64,000 bases of DNA, taken from positions 480,001-544,000 of the forward strand of contig CAVTMK010000002.1 in the NCBI GenBank assembly GCA_963735805.1, in the 5' to 3' direction. The notes below the pieces were generated by a model. That model did not search any database, was not told the DNA's origin, and saw only the letters and a list, made by a program, of their open reading frames with translations. Positions 7,965-18,952 of the stretch are shown one piece after another. A program made the position numbers and the translations under genes. The DNA is from an uncultured Verrucomicrobiae bacterium. Lineage in GTDB: Bacteria; Verrucomicrobiota; Verrucomicrobiia; Chthoniobacterales; UBA10450. The first letter of the stretch is position 1; each line of letters begins with the position of its first letter.

Positions 7965-7995
7965 GCCTCAATGTTCGAAAACACAACATTGAGGC
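7965..7995. terminator. 11-bp stem-loop downstream of nrdJ (possible terminator)
   Basis: GCCTCAATGTT-N9-AACATTGAGGC; no strong U-tract. Confidence 0.4.
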
Positions 7996-8060
7996 ACTCG
8001 ATTGGACACACGCGCGCGCATGGCTACAATGCGTCGCCTGTTTTTTCCAAAACAAATTGA

Positions 8061-9845
8061 ATGAATAAGCTCGACGCGCAGCGACAGAAAGAAATTCAAC
8101 AAGCCGAGGAGCTGCTTTTTGCAGGCCCGCAGGCGCTCGGTTTTGCCAAAGGCCTTTTCCAAGGCCACTTCGTTTCCGATTGGGTAATGCCCTATCCGCG
8201 CATCCCGGCGGCGCAACAAGTCGAATTGGACGGAGCTCTTACCGCGCTTCGCCAATTTCTGGACGAGCATCTCGATCCTGCGGAAGTCGACCGGAAAGCG
8301 GATATACCGCGCAGCGTGATTGATGGACTCGGCCGGGTGGGCGTACTCGGCATGACTGCACCCAAGGAATATAGCGGGCACGGATTCTCGCAAATGGCCA
8401 ACTGTAAAATCCTGGAAGAAATTGGTCGCCGCTGTGCATCGACATCGGTTTTCGTGAATGCGCATCACTCTATTGGAATTCGCGCATTATTACTATTTGG
8501 AACGCACGAGCAAAAACAGCGATGGCTTCCAAAGTTGTCGACTGGCGAACAACTGGGCGCATTTGCGCTGACCGAGAAGGAAGCCGGATCAGATGCGGCA
8601 AACGTACAGATGCAAGCGCGACCGAGTGAGGACGGCTCGCATTTTGTTCTTACCGGAGAAAAACGTTACATCACTAACGCCGCGATTGCGGACGTGCTGA
8701 CCGTGATGGCGCGCACGCCGGTGCCCGGATCAGACAAGACCGCGGTCACAGCTTTTCTGGTTACGCCCGACATGCCCGGATTCGAAATGATCGAAGCGCG
8801 GATGCCGAAGATGGGGATCCGTGGCACGGCAACTGGTCGATTCGCGTTGCGTGACGTCAAGGTTCCGAAAGAAAATATTCTGGGCCCGCCGGGCAAGGGC
8901 CTCAAGGTTGCACTGACAGTTCTTGATTTCGGACGCACAACATTCGGCGCTTGTTGCACCGGCGCGGCAAAGACCTGTTTGCGCTTAGCGATCGAACACG
9001 CAAATACGCGGAAACAATTCAACAAAACGCTCGGTAATTTTGATCTGGTCAAAAAGAAAATCGCGCGAATCGCGGCGGATGCGTATGCGATGGAAGCGAT
9101 GACCACGATCACCGCCGCGCTGATTGATCGGGGCCTCGAGGATTACATGCTCGAAACGGCCATGCTAAAAGTGTTCACGACAGAGCGGCTTTGGGAGTGC
9201 ATCAACGACGTTTTTCAGATTTACGGCGGATCGGCGTATTTTGTCGATCTCCCGTTGGAGAGAATGATGCGCGATGCACGCATCAATCAAATCGGCGAAG
9301 GCGCTAACGAAGTACTCACTTCGTTTATCGCACTAGTGGGCATGCGCGGACCGGGTATGGAGTTCAAAGAAATTTACGACACAATGGTGAAACCGACACG
9401 CGAGCGGGGCATCGCAAAAGCGTGGACCGCTGGGAAGCATCGCCTCGGCGCAACCGTGCGGGTTCCCGAGATTCCTGTACGTAGCACCGAGATGCGTTGG
9501 TTCGCCAATCAACTTGGTCGTTTGATCTGGCGTTTCAATATAGCTGTGAACCGGGCACTGATCACCTATCGCGAGCCGATACTGGATATGCAGCTTACGC
9601 AGGAGCGGATCGCAAACGCGTCGATGGACCTGTTTGCGTCAACCTGCGTGCTGAGTCGTCAGGATGCCGAGCTTCAGTTTGCGCAGCGAAATGGCAATTC
9701 TTCCTCGCCGGAACGGTTCGCGGCCGAGTTGTTTTTGCGCCAGTCGTTTCGCCGCATTCGCCATTACCTTGCTGGATTGGCGGACAATGATGATAAATCG
9801 GTGCTTGCGACAGCGAACGCCGTCTTGGGTGAGCCAGGCAGCTAA
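8061..9845 (+). CDS. Acyl-CoA dehydrogenase (VLCAD/ACAD9-like, long form)
   Basis: AFALTEKEAGSDA, GEKRYITNA, RKQFNKTL, QIYGG, RDARINQIGEGANEV, plus a C-terminal extension. Candidate promoter TGGACA-N16-TACAAT upstream. Confidence 0.93.
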   Translation: MNKLDAQRQKEIQQAEELLFAGPQALGFAKGLFQGHFVSDWVMPYPRIPAAQQVELDGALTALRQFLDEHLDPAEVDRKADIPRSVIDGLGRVGVLGMTAPKEYSGHGFSQMANCKILEEIGRRCASTSVFVNAHHSIGIRALLLFGTHEQKQRWLPKLSTGEQLGAFALTEKEAGSDAANVQMQARPSEDGSHFVLTGEKRYITNAAIADVLTVMARTPVPGSDKTAVTAFLVTPDMPGFEMIEARMPKMGIRGTATGRFALRDVKVPKENILGPPGKGLKVALTVLDFGRTTFGACCTGAAKTCLRLAIEHANTRKQFNKTLGNFDLVKKKIARIAADAYAMEAMTTITAALIDRGLEDYMLETAMLKVFTTERLWECINDVFQIYGGSAYFVDLPLERMMRDARINQIGEGANEVLTSFIALVGMRGPGMEFKEIYDTMVKPTRERGIAKAWTAGKHRLGATVRVPEIPVRSTEMRWFANQLGRLIWRFNIAVNRALITYREPILDMQLTQERIANASMDLFASTCVLSRQDAELQFAQRNGNSSSPERFAAELFLRQSFRRIRHYLAGLADNDDKSVLATANAVLGEPGS

Positions 9846-10039
9846 CTCCGAAAGCGTTGGCGGATAAAATTTGGCCGCGCGTCATTATCCGTAGTATGCG
9901 GGCAGCCAAAAAAACATAACTATCGAAAAGTTTGGCACGCGATTGCGCCAGATCGTTGCCTGGCGCGCAAAAATATAAGAGCCTTTCCGCGTTGCCTTAG
10001 CGGCAGCACGCCAGCGTCGGCGAAATCTTCGGAGGTTTA

Positions 10040-10315
10040 TTATCTCCCCGTAAGATGGCCTAAAATAGTCATGTGGGTGGCCGTAGTCGGAATTGCAGCG
10101 AGCCGATCGCAAGGTTGCGGGATTCTGGAACCTCCTGCCACAGTGTAGCACATCTTCTTTGTGGTCTTGGCGACCGACTGTGGTTGTGCCCGGAGCACCA
10201 CGTCCTTGCTCGGATCATTAGCAAATGCCGATGCGCAAAACGCGAACGCAAGCACAACGCTTACGCATCGGACCGACCAACCGCCCACGCGACTTGGTCT
10301 GCCTAGTCTTTTCAC
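10040..10315 (-). CDS. Small secreted hypothetical protein
   Basis: Hydrophobic signal ending ASAFA. Mature part carries a Cys pair (CYTVAGGSRIPQPC). Confidence 0.55.
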   Translation of the reverse strand: MKRLGRPSRVGGWSVRCVSVVLAFAFCASAFANDPSKDVVLRAQPQSVAKTTKKMCYTVAGGSRIPQPCDRLAAIPTTATHMTILGHLTGR

Positions 10316-10414
10316 GGCCTAAGCGTGGTGCCGCTTCGAATTTTTAGCAAGCCAATTCGCCCGTTGTTTTAGGACACAAATCCGTTTTCTTGCGCCGGGA
10401 TGATCTCTTAGAGA

Positions 10415-12868
10415 TTAATCTGTCCAAAGAAAATGCTCGAGACGAAGATTGGTAAGACGCGCTCTTGCTTCTTCGCTGCGATTGCCTCCAGCGGCAGCAA
10501 GTTTCTCGTAGATAGCAGCGGCAGATTCCCACTTCGAGTCTTCTTCCAACAGGCGCGCAGCGTTAAAGCCAGCCTTATAATACCAGAAGAGTTCGCGCCG
10601 CCGATCCGGGCGCACGTCTTCCTCCAGTATTTTGTAAAACGCAGTGAGCGCACTGGCGCGATCGTTTTTCTTCTCCAGGCATAGCCCTTTCTTAAAAAGA
10701 GCTTGGTTGCGCCAGTGAATCGCCTCGTCCTTGTCGGCTGCAAGCTGGTCATAGACTTCGATCGCACGCTGGTAGTTAGTTGGATCAGTTGCGCCCATCT
10801 CAAAAAAAATATCGCCCTTCCCGCAGAGCGCCTCGCGTTTTTCGGACGGTCCGGCGTCACTCTTTAACACCTCCTCGTACAGGGCGAGAGCGTCCTTTGG
10901 CTTTCCAAGCCTGCGCTCGATCACGGCCTGCTCGTTGCGTGCCGCCCATCGAAGTGGTCCGTTTTGCCGGACCACCTGATCGAACAGAATAATCGCCCGG
11001 TCGAGGGAATGCTCACCCATGGTGGACTTTGCCGATTCTGCCGCGAAGAAGAGAGCCTTTTCACCGAGTGAATTATCGGAAGTCTGTTGCGCAATAAGTT
11101 CAAATTGTGTCTGTGCGTCTGCGAAATCCTGGCTTCGGTAATAAAGCTCGGACAACTTCATTCTAACCTCCGGAGCGAACGTCGAAGTTCCATGTTTTTC
11201 GAGGAAGCGCTTTGCAAGCTCAATAACCTTCGCCTCGTTGCCGCCTGCTGATTCCTCAATCCAGATGTCGAGATAGTCTCCGCGTTCTGCGGCAGCAACC
11301 GTTGGCGATTCGGCTGCGCGAGTCAGATATTTGCGCGCTTCATCGAGGCGCGGTGGAGAGGCATGAAAGGCTAGCTCCGCCAGACTGACTAAGGCTTCCG
11401 ATACGCGGGGATTTTTGGGAAAATCATGAACAAACTGTTGCAGCGATCTCTCGGCTTTTTCGTCGCCTCGTGCCGCTTGCGCCACGCCTTCCTCCAATCG
11501 CAAGTCGGCACGCGCCTCTTCCTCGCCGCCTGCTTTTTCCAATTCGTTATAGTCAGTTAGAAAACGCGTATGGTCGCCGAGTTGAAGCCAGCCCGTAGAT
11601 GCATTGAAAAGCGCAGTCTTTGCCCACGGCGAACGGGAATGGGCTATTTGTTCAAAGCCCGCCGCAGCCCGGTCAAATCGTCTCGCAAGGTACTGCGCTT
11701 GCGCGGATAAGAAATCTATTCGGGTCAGCAACGACGGCTCGGGATGAAACGAGCGAGCTTCGTCCAAAATCGAAATCGCCTCGTCGAACTGTTTGTCCTC
11801 GATTTCAAATTGTGCGAACTCGAGCAAAGCAGGTGCGATCGCCTGAGATTTTATACTCGTGTGGCGAAGGTCGGTGAATAATTGTCGAGCTCGCTCCCTG
11901 CGTCCCGCGCGAATTTCGAATCGGGCGAGGTACCATCGCGCAAATGTTCGTCGTGGTTGTTCGGGACTGCGCACCCATCTCTCCAGTTCGTTGCGGGATG
12001 GCTTGTGTTCGGCCTGATACAGCTCATCCAGTCTTGCGAAAAGATGAGGAAGGTCCGGGTCTGCCGGATGACGATCAATGAATTGCTCGATGATATCGTC
12101 CGCAATTTCCGGCGTTTTTAGCTGCATTTGCGCTTCTGCGATGCCTAAGACGGCTGAGATTAACGCGGAGTGAGCTGTTCCGGCTGGTCTTTTCAAAAGG
12201 CCTTGAAAAATGCCGATCGCTCTTTCAGGTCGCCGCTCCATTAGTTCAAGACGTCCACGCAACACCCGGCGTTCTCTTCGCTCGGCGATCGATATTGGTT
12301 GCACCTTTTCCAGAAGTCGGCGCGCGCTGTTAGCATCACCTGTTTCAATGTACAATTCTGCTGCTCGCAGTTGCGCTCGCGTGCCCCACTCCTTGTCATG
12401 GATGAGAAGCGTAAATTTCTTCAATGCCTCGTCTTGTTTTCCCAACGCCCGCAGCATTTCGGCAGCCCCAAATATTGCTGCAGTGCGAAATGGTGACCTC
12501 TCGCTGTTGGCCAGTTGCTCGTAAAGTGGCAGGGCCTCGGCCCATTGATGCAGACTCGCGAACGCCTGGGCGCGCCAGAATTTCGCCCATGCCAGATCCC
12601 GCACCCGAATGTCTGCCAGCAAAGCCAGGGCATTCTCCGGCTGCTTTGCAGCTATTTGCGCTTCGGCAAGCTTTTCCATCACTGCGCGCCATTCAGGTTC
12701 GCGCAGATTGTTGTTCAACAGCGCTTGTAATCGTACCACCGCCACTTCCGGCACCCCTTCCGCAATGGGCGCGCTCGCCTCGGCAAATTCGCTGGCAATG
12801 TCCGCATGGGCCAATTGCGTGAGCATGCTCATCAGACATATCAGTCCTAGGCGCGTCATGTGACTCAT
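10415..12868 (-). CDS. Exported tetratricopeptide-repeat protein
   Basis: Signal peptide ending LAHA. Many TPR-like helical repeats (e.g. QFVHDFPKNPRVSEAL, EALCGKGDIFF). ATG overlaps the uvrA stop (ATGA). Confidence 0.85.
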   Translation of the reverse strand: MSHMTRLGLICLMSMLTQLAHADIASEFAEASAPIAEGVPEVAVVRLQALLNNNLREPEWRAVMEKLAEAQIAAKQPENALALLADIRVRDLAWAKFWRAQAFASLHQWAEALPLYEQLANSERSPFRTAAIFGAAEMLRALGKQDEALKKFTLLIHDKEWGTRAQLRAAELYIETGDANSARRLLEKVQPISIAERRERRVLRGRLELMERRPERAIGIFQGLLKRPAGTAHSALISAVLGIAEAQMQLKTPEIADDIIEQFIDRHPADPDLPHLFARLDELYQAEHKPSRNELERWVRSPEQPRRTFARWYLARFEIRAGRRERARQLFTDLRHTSIKSQAIAPALLEFAQFEIEDKQFDEAISILDEARSFHPEPSLLTRIDFLSAQAQYLARRFDRAAAGFEQIAHSRSPWAKTALFNASTGWLQLGDHTRFLTDYNELEKAGGEEEARADLRLEEGVAQAARGDEKAERSLQQFVHDFPKNPRVSEALVSLAELAFHASPPRLDEARKYLTRAAESPTVAAAERGDYLDIWIEESAGGNEAKVIELAKRFLEKHGTSTFAPEVRMKLSELYYRSQDFADAQTQFELIAQQTSDNSLGEKALFFAAESAKSTMGEHSLDRAIILFDQVVRQNGPLRWAARNEQAVIERRLGKPKDALALYEEVLKSDAGPSEKREALCGKGDIFFEMGATDPTNYQRAIEVYDQLAADKDEAIHWRNQALFKKGLCLEKKNDRASALTAFYKILEEDVRPDRRRELFWYYKAGFNAARLLEEDSKWESAAAIYEKLAAAGGNRSEEARARLTNLRLEHFLWTD

Positions 12869-15828
12869 GTGTTCTTCAATAAACGGCGCAGATATTGTCC
12901 GGTGTAGCTAGCAGGCAGCTCGGCAATCGTCTCCGGTGGACCTGCGCCAACAATTTCGCCGCCACGCTCTCCACCTTCAGGCCCCAGGTCAACGATCCAG
13001 TCCGCGCATTTGATCATCTCCAAATTATGTTCGATCACGATCACGGTGTTACCCGCGTTGCGCAGTTTCGTTAGCACGTGCAGTAGTTTCTCGATATCGG
13101 CGAAATGCAACCCGGTTGTTGGTTCATCCAGGATGTAAAGCGTGCGGCCAGTCGCCTTTTTCGCAAGCTCCGTTGCCAGTTTCACGCGCTGGGCTTCTCC
13201 GCCAGAAAGGGTCGTTCCGGCCTGACCAAGTCGCAGATAACCCAGACCTACGTCCAAGAGGGAATTTAATTTTTCGGAGATGCTGGGCACGTTTCGGAAG
13301 AAACGGGCTGCTTCGTCGACGGTCAGATCGAGGACGTCCGCGATGTGCTTGCCTTTATAGGTAATCTCAAGGGTTTCGCGGTTATAGCGTTTGCCGTGGC
13401 ACACTTCGCATTCGACATAAACGTCAGGCAAAAAGTGCATCTCGATCTTGATTAGCCCATCGCCTTCGCAATTTTCGCAACGGCCGCCTTTAACGTTAAA
13501 GCTGAAACGCCCCGCACCATAACCGCGCACGCGCGCGGCAGGAAGTTGGCTGAACAATTCGCGAATCGGAGCAAACGCACCCGTGTAGGTTACCGGGTTC
13601 GATCGCGGTGTTCGTCCAATTGGGCTTTGATCGATCACAATTGCCTTGTCGATTTGTTCCACTCCGCGAATCGACCGATGAGAGCCCGGCTTTTCCTTGG
13701 CACGATAGAAACGCCGAAAGAGAGCACGTTTTAGAATGTCGTCCACCAAGGTGGATTTGCCGCTTCCGGAAACGCCGGTCACACAAGTGAAACAACCGAG
13801 CGGAAAAGAGACAGTAACATTTTTCAAATTGTTTTCCGTCGCGCCTACCAGTGTCAGCCAGCCTTCAGATTCGTCGGTCGATCGCGGTTTGGCTCGGTGT
13901 TTGGGAATGGCAATTCGAGCACGGCCGGAAAGATAATCGGCCGTCAAGGAATTCTTCGCGCGCAGAACGTTTTCGAGTTTACCTTGCGCGACAATTTCGC
14001 CTCCGCGCGGACCCGCACCTGGGCCAAGATCGATAATGTGATCCGCCGCGCGTATTGTTTCTTCGTCGTGCTCGACCACAATTACGGAATTGCCGAGGTC
14101 ACGAAGACGGCAAAGCGTCCCCAGCAGCCGTGCATTGTCGCGCTGATGCAATCCAATGCTTGGTTCATCCAAAATGTAAAGGACTCCCGCCAGCCCGGAG
14201 CCAATCTGTGTTGCCAACCGGATCCGCTGCGCTTCGCCGCCGGAGAGTGTCCCGCTCTGGCGATTGAGCGTGACGTACCCCAAACCGACTTCGATGAGGA
14301 ATTCCAAGCGGGATTCGATCTCGCGCACAACGTCGCTGACGATGGTCCGTTGCTGCGTAGTCAGCTGAAGAGTCGCAATGAAGCTGGCGGCGCCCTCGGT
14401 CGTCAGTTCGCTAAGCTGGTGAATGTTCAATTCGCGTGTGTGCTGATCTTTTAAGGTGACCGCCAAAATTTCCGGTTTGAGCCTCGCACCCTTGCACACT
14501 TTGCATGGCTCGTACGTCATGAACGCTCGAATTCGGCTGCGAGTGAATTCGCTTTGAGTCTGTTCGTAGAGTCGCTGCATCTGCGGCACGAGTCCCTCGA
14601 ATGGTTTCGCAGCTTTGGCTTCGCCGTTGTCGCTGAAATCCATTTGAATTGGCGTTCCATTTGTGCCGAAGTAAAGCGCTTGTTTGAATGGTTCCGGCAG
14701 GTCGTTGAAAGGCACGTCTTCATCGATGTGGAAGTGCTTCACGAGTGCCTTTTGCAGGTGCCGGTAGTATGCCTGCATTCGCTTCGTGCCACGCCGCCAT
14801 GGCGTGATTGCGCCTTCGCCCAGTGTTTTGTCGCGATCGGCGATCATTAGTTCTGGATCACAAACCAATTGTGTACCAAGTCCGTGACAGGCTGGGCATG
14901 CCCCGAGGTGGCTGTTGAAGGAGAAATGTCTCGGCGTTAGCTCGCTAATCTTGAATCCAGTCTCGGGATTTCCGTAGTCAGTTGAGTAATGCAGTTCCTC
15001 ACACACCTCGCCGGATTCGGCGTCGGACACCTGCTCGCGGCCTGTCGGAGTTGAGCTCCCTGCTCGCGAATCCGTGCGGAGTTGGGTGTTTGCCGTTTTC
15101 GAGCTTTCCCGCAATATGATGATGTGGTTCCCGCCCCATTTAAGTGCAGTTTCAATTGAATCGGTAAGACGGATGCGGATGCCATCGCGCACTACCAAAC
15201 GATCTACCACCGCCTCGATGGTGTGCCGCTTGTTCTTGTTTAGTCGAATCCGCTCCGGGCTATCCAACTCCATGATCTGACCGTCAATCCGTACACGCAC
15301 GAATCCTTCGCGCCTGAGCTTTTCAATTACATCACGGAATTCGCCGGGTTGATCGTTAATCACTGGCGCCAGTAGAATGATTTTCGACTCCGGCTCATAA
15401 CCGAGAATTTGATCGACAATTTGCTGAGGGGTTTGCCGGCTCAACGGCTGCCCCGTCAATGGGTCGTGCGGCTGACCTGCAGCCGAAAAGAGCACCCGCA
15501 GATAATCGTAAATTTCCGTGGTCGTTGCGATCGTCGATCTTGGGTTGGCTCCGGCACTGCGCTGCTCGATTGCGATGGCGGGTGAAAGTCCCTGGATGAA
15601 ATCCACGTTTGGCTTTTCCATGCGATCAAGAAATTGCCGTGCATAAGCCGAGAGGCTTTCGACGTAGCGGCGTTGTCCCTCGGCATAAAGAGTGTCGAAA
15701 GCCAGCGAGGATTTCCCCGAACCACTCAAGCCAGTAATAACAACCAGCTTTTCCCGTGGAATCTCCACATCGAGATTTTTGAGATTGTGCTGGCGGGCAC
15801 CGCTAATTTTGATAACTTCTGCAGGCAT
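12865..15828 (-). CDS. uvrA: Excinuclease ABC subunit A
   Basis: GARQHNLKN, two Walker A motifs ([18 protein letters not shown]), two LSGGEAQR signatures, Zn finger CENCEGDG...CEVCHG. Confidence 0.98.
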   Translation of the reverse strand: MPAEVIKISGARQHNLKNLDVEIPREKLVVITGLSGSGKSSLAFDTLYAEGQRRYVESLSAYARQFLDRMEKPNVDFIQGLSPAIAIEQRSAGANPRSTIATTTEIYDYLRVLFSAAGQPHDPLTGQPLSRQTPQQIVDQILGYEPESKIILLAPVINDQPGEFRDVIEKLRREGFVRVRIDGQIMELDSPERIRLNKNKRHTIEAVVDRLVVRDGIRIRLTDSIETALKWGGNHIIILRESSKTANTQLRTDSRAGSSTPTGREQVSDAESGEVCEELHYSTDYGNPETGFKISELTPRHFSFNSHLGACPACHGLGTQLVCDPELMIADRDKTLGEGAITPWRRGTKRMQAYYRHLQKALVKHFHIDEDVPFNDLPEPFKQALYFGTNGTPIQMDFSDNGEAKAAKPFEGLVPQMQRLYEQTQSEFTRSRIRAFMTYEPCKVCKGARLKPEILAVTLKDQHTRELNIHQLSELTTEGAASFIATLQLTTQQRTIVSDVVREIESRLEFLIEVGLGYVTLNRQSGTLSGGEAQRIRLATQIGSGLAGVLYILDEPSIGLHQRDNARLLGTLCRLRDLGNSVIVVEHDEETIRAADHIIDLGPGAGPRGGEIVAQGKLENVLRAKNSLTADYLSGRARIAIPKHRAKPRSTDESEGWLTLVGATENNLKNVTVSFPLGCFTCVTGVSGSGKSTLVDDILKRALFRRFYRAKEKPGSHRSIRGVEQIDKAIVIDQSPIGRTPRSNPVTYTGAFAPIRELFSQLPAARVRGYGAGRFSFNVKGGRCENCEGDGLIKIEMHFLPDVYVECEVCHGKRYNRETLEITYKGKHIADVLDLTVDEAARFFRNVPSISEKLNSLLDVGLGYLRLGQAGTTLSGGEAQRVKLATELAKKATGRTLYILDEPTTGLHFADIEKLLHVLTKLRNAGNTVIVIEHNLEMIKCADWIVDLGPEGGERGGEIVGAGPPETIAELPASYTGQYLRRLLKNT

Positions 15829-15947
15829 TCTGACCAGAAACGTCGAACCTTCCAGTTAAGCACAAGCGTGCTTTTTCTCCAGCTAAATTGCGCAATCGAA
15901 AGTACGGCACAATGCTTGTTACCTCGGGACTGTGTGCGTGTTAAGGA

Positions 15948-16646
15948 ATGAAAGTCTCAGTCGTCATTCCCTGTTACAACGAAAAGAGCACGATCGAAAA
16001 GATCGTGGAGGCAGTTCGCAATGCTTCGCTCGAATGCACCGAGATCATTGTAGTGGATGATTGCTCGCAAGATGGGACGAGGAGCGTGCTTCAGCAAAGG
16101 CTTTCGCAGGTCGTTGATCGTATTATCTATCATCCGGTGAACCGTGGAAAGGGAGCGGCGTTACGCAGCGGTTTTGCGGCCGCGACCGGCGATATCATCT
16201 TGGTTCAGGATGCAGATCTTGAATATGATCCGGCAGATTATCCGGCGCTCCTGGAGCCGCTGATTTCAGGTAAAGCGGATGCCGTTTTTGGTTCCCGATT
16301 CATGGGTGGAAGACCACATCGCGTCCTTTTCTTCTGGCACATGGTGGCCAACAAATTTTTGACCATGCTCTCCAATGTATTCACCAATATCAATCTTACG
16401 GACGTGGAAACGGGCTACAAAGCGTTCAACGCCACTGTTATTAAATCGATTCAAATCGAAGAAGACGGTTTTGGAGTTGAACCCGAAATTATCGCCAAAC
16501 TTGCCCGAAAAGGCTGTAGACTGTACGAAGTGGGGATCTCCTACAGCGGACGGACTTATGCGGAAGGAAAGAAGATCAATTGGAAGGATGGCGTGAGAGC
16601 AATTTACGTCATTCTTAAATACAATTTGGGGCCGAGTCGGCATTGA
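15948..16646 (+). CDS. GT2 glycosyltransferase (DPM1-like polyprenol-phosphate glycosyltransferase)
   Basis: SVVIPCYNE, VVDDCSQDGT, NRGKGAA, QDADLEYDP, FGSRF, TDVETGYK. Confidence 0.93.
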   Translation: MKVSVVIPCYNEKSTIEKIVEAVRNASLECTEIIVVDDCSQDGTRSVLQQRLSQVVDRIIYHPVNRGKGAALRSGFAAATGDIILVQDADLEYDPADYPALLEPLISGKADAVFGSRFMGGRPHRVLFFWHMVANKFLTMLSNVFTNINLTDVETGYKAFNATVIKSIQIEEDGFGVEPEIIAKLARKGCRLYEVGISYSGRTYAEGKKINWKDGVRAIYVILKYNLGPSRH

Positions 16647-16668
16647 CGGCGAAGAACGCAGCGGCTTC

Positions 16669-18219
16669 TTACCTCTTACTTCTTTTCCTTAGCAGCGTGA
16701 AACGGCCGCGGCGGTCAATTAATACGTAGTCGTTGAGCCGAATTCCAGATTCCGCGCTAATTTTCTCCGCGCTGATTCTGAAGGGCGCGTAGGGGTCAGC
16801 GCTATCGCCAAGGATCCAGATCGGCGCAGGCCGGCCATATAGTCGGTCTAGCCAGAAGAGGTTTCGGTTATGCGCGTAGCGAAAAAGCATAGCTGAAGCA
16901 ATGACCGGTTCCCCGGGTTTGCCCTCACGAAGATAGCGAGCGAACACGGCGTCAGCCTGTTGGCGCTCGGATGACGAGTAAAGGCTGGTCGAACGAAGAA
17001 GGTACGCACCGCGAGCAAACCACGGCACGAGTAAGAGTTGTGCAAATGCCGCCAGTGCTGCGGTTCCAATTGCAGTTGCAACTATTGTGGACCGCATCCG
17101 CTTACCGCAGCACAGTACAAACCGCACAATCGAAGCAAAACCTACCAATGTGATACACCACAGCAGTGCCTGGGCCGTAAAAAATCGTCGCGCCACCAGG
17201 AGGTCATTCCTATCCATTAGCCATGCGATGACAGTTGTGGGGAGGCCAAGGGCCAAGTAATACGGGCGCAACAAGATTGTTCCAAAACTACCTACAATCA
17301 TGACCCACAGCCACTGACGAACAGTGCCACTCCCAAGCCAATCGCCAATATTGGATGCGACAAAAGTAAAAAGCGCTCCGGGGCCGGATAAACTTCCGGG
17401 CGCCACGACTCCGAGGCGATCAATCGAATGACCAGACAGGCGATCAACGGGGTGACCAGCGTACGCTATCGGCGATTGCGACCAGGAAATCGCCAGCAAA
17501 AATGGTATGGCGGAAACCGACAGGAGAAGCGCGATCGCCGCAGGCCAGTTGAAGCGATCACGCACGCACTTGCCGGGTGAAGCCATCCATGTCTCAACTC
17601 CTGCTACCATCGCTACCATCGCCGCAGCAATCGGTGCATCCTCCTTCACGCTGATGACAGCGAGTGTTGTCGCAATCGAGAGCAACATTCGCTGCTGAAG
17701 CAGGAAGTAAAACAGGGCTAAACACAACGCCGGAGCGAGCAGCTCGACTTGGAACCCCCAGCCAGCCTCTTGATAGAAAAAAATCGAAAGTGGGCAGAGC
17801 AGCATCGCCCCGGCTGCGATTAACGCGATAGGACCGGCAACGCCAAGTAGGCGCAATATACGTATCGCGAAGAAGTAAGTGGCTCCTACCGACGCGGCAA
17901 GGACAAATAGTAAACCGGGAGCGCCCAAGGGCTTCGCGATAAGCCCGAGCGGCACAAGCATAAAATAGGTGTGAATCGCAAGTATGTTTCCAAAACAGTT
18001 GTCTTGGAGAATCCCTTTTCCATCGAGCCAGCTCCGCGCAGCCTGAACGCTTATGAAGAGGTCCCCTGAATAGCCAAGATCGTAGAACGTCTTGAGCTTA
18101 AGAGCGAAAACCCAAGCGACAGTAAAGAGAGTAAGCCCGAGAGCAACAAAATCCCAGCGATCCCATGGCGCCGCCGTTTCCACCTTTGACGTAAACAGCT
18201 TTCTCCAGTGAAACCGCAT
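16669..18219 (-). CDS. Polytopic membrane protein, DUF2079-like putative GT-C glycosyltransferase
   Basis: Many TM segments. First-loop YSGDL, H-containing LAIHTY, GFQVE, and a VKED motif typical of DUF2079. Confidence 0.6.
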   Translation of the reverse strand: MRFHWRKLFTSKVETAAPWDRWDFVALGLTLFTVAWVFALKLKTFYDLGYSGDLFISVQAARSWLDGKGILQDNCFGNILAIHTYFMLVPLGLIAKPLGAPGLLFVLAASVGATYFFAIRILRLLGVAGPIALIAAGAMLLCPLSIFFYQEAGWGFQVELLAPALCLALFYFLLQQRMLLSIATTLAVISVKEDAPIAAAMVAMVAGVETWMASPGKCVRDRFNWPAAIALLLSVSAIPFLLAISWSQSPIAYAGHPVDRLSGHSIDRLGVVAPGSLSGPGALFTFVASNIGDWLGSGTVRQWLWVMIVGSFGTILLRPYYLALGLPTTVIAWLMDRNDLLVARRFFTAQALLWCITLVGFASIVRFVLCCGKRMRSTIVATAIGTAALAAFAQLLLVPWFARGAYLLRSTSLYSSSERQQADAVFARYLREGKPGEPVIASAMLFRYAHNRNLFWLDRLYGRPAPIWILGDSADPYAPFRISAEKISAESGIRLNDYVLIDRRGRFTLLRKRSKR

Positions 18220-18424
18220 CGGACGAACCTATGGCTTCCCAATATCTTTTCCAATTCGATATCCTAACGCACGTATTTATTGCTATGAGAACGGCTGATT
18301 TTGTTGTGATTTACCTTCGAAAATAGCAAATCATCCGAAAGTCTCCATCGGCTCTCGTATCGGTAGCCTTACTACAAGTTAGTGTCGAAAATTTCAGTCC
18401 TGCGTCGTGCCGCTAACAAGGTGT

Positions 18425-18894
18425 ATTATTTTGGAATGCCAACCGTTTCTTTTCAGGCGGCTGTCTCACTGGACCCGCACACGCTGGCACGGAGCTAAAC
18501 GGTTTCCTTTCTTATCTGATGATATGTACCGTGAGCGGCAGACCTAAGCGCGTGTTAGCGGTACAAGGATAAACAGGTCCGTGATGAAGATTCACGCCTT
18601 CGACCTGGTCGAAACATTCGCGGAATTCATTCGCGCGCCGCGCAGCGGAGAAGTGTATAACATCGGCGGAAGCCGGCACAGTCACTGTTCAATGCTCGAA
18701 GCGATCGCTTTATGTAAGGGACTAAGTGGCCGGAAATTAACATAGAGCTACGAAGAGACGAGCCGAGTCGTGACCACATCTGATGGATCAGCGACATAAG
18801 AAAATTCCAAGGACATTATTCTGACTGGAAGTTTCGCTACGGTTTGCGAGCAATTCTGGAAGAAATTCATCGCGCGATCAGCAAGCGCGCATAG
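18425..18894 (+). pseudogene. 3' remnant of an NAD-dependent sugar epimerase (CDP-paratose 2-epimerase / RfbE-like)
   Basis: Reads across several frames as [46 protein letters not shown]...[20 protein letters not shown]...*.../DHI*WISDIRKFQGHY. Multiple frameshifts and stops; Rossmann N-terminus absent. Confidence 0.8.
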
Positions 18895-18952
18895 TAACCG
18901 TAATCCACCAATCGTTGGGGATCTATTCGTGTGTTGAGGGAAACGATAACAG

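Noticed and set aside
9932..9947. TTGGCACGCGATTGC resembling a sigma-54 promoter
   Set aside because: GG-to-GC spacing is 9 rather than the required 10, and no same-strand gene lies downstream.
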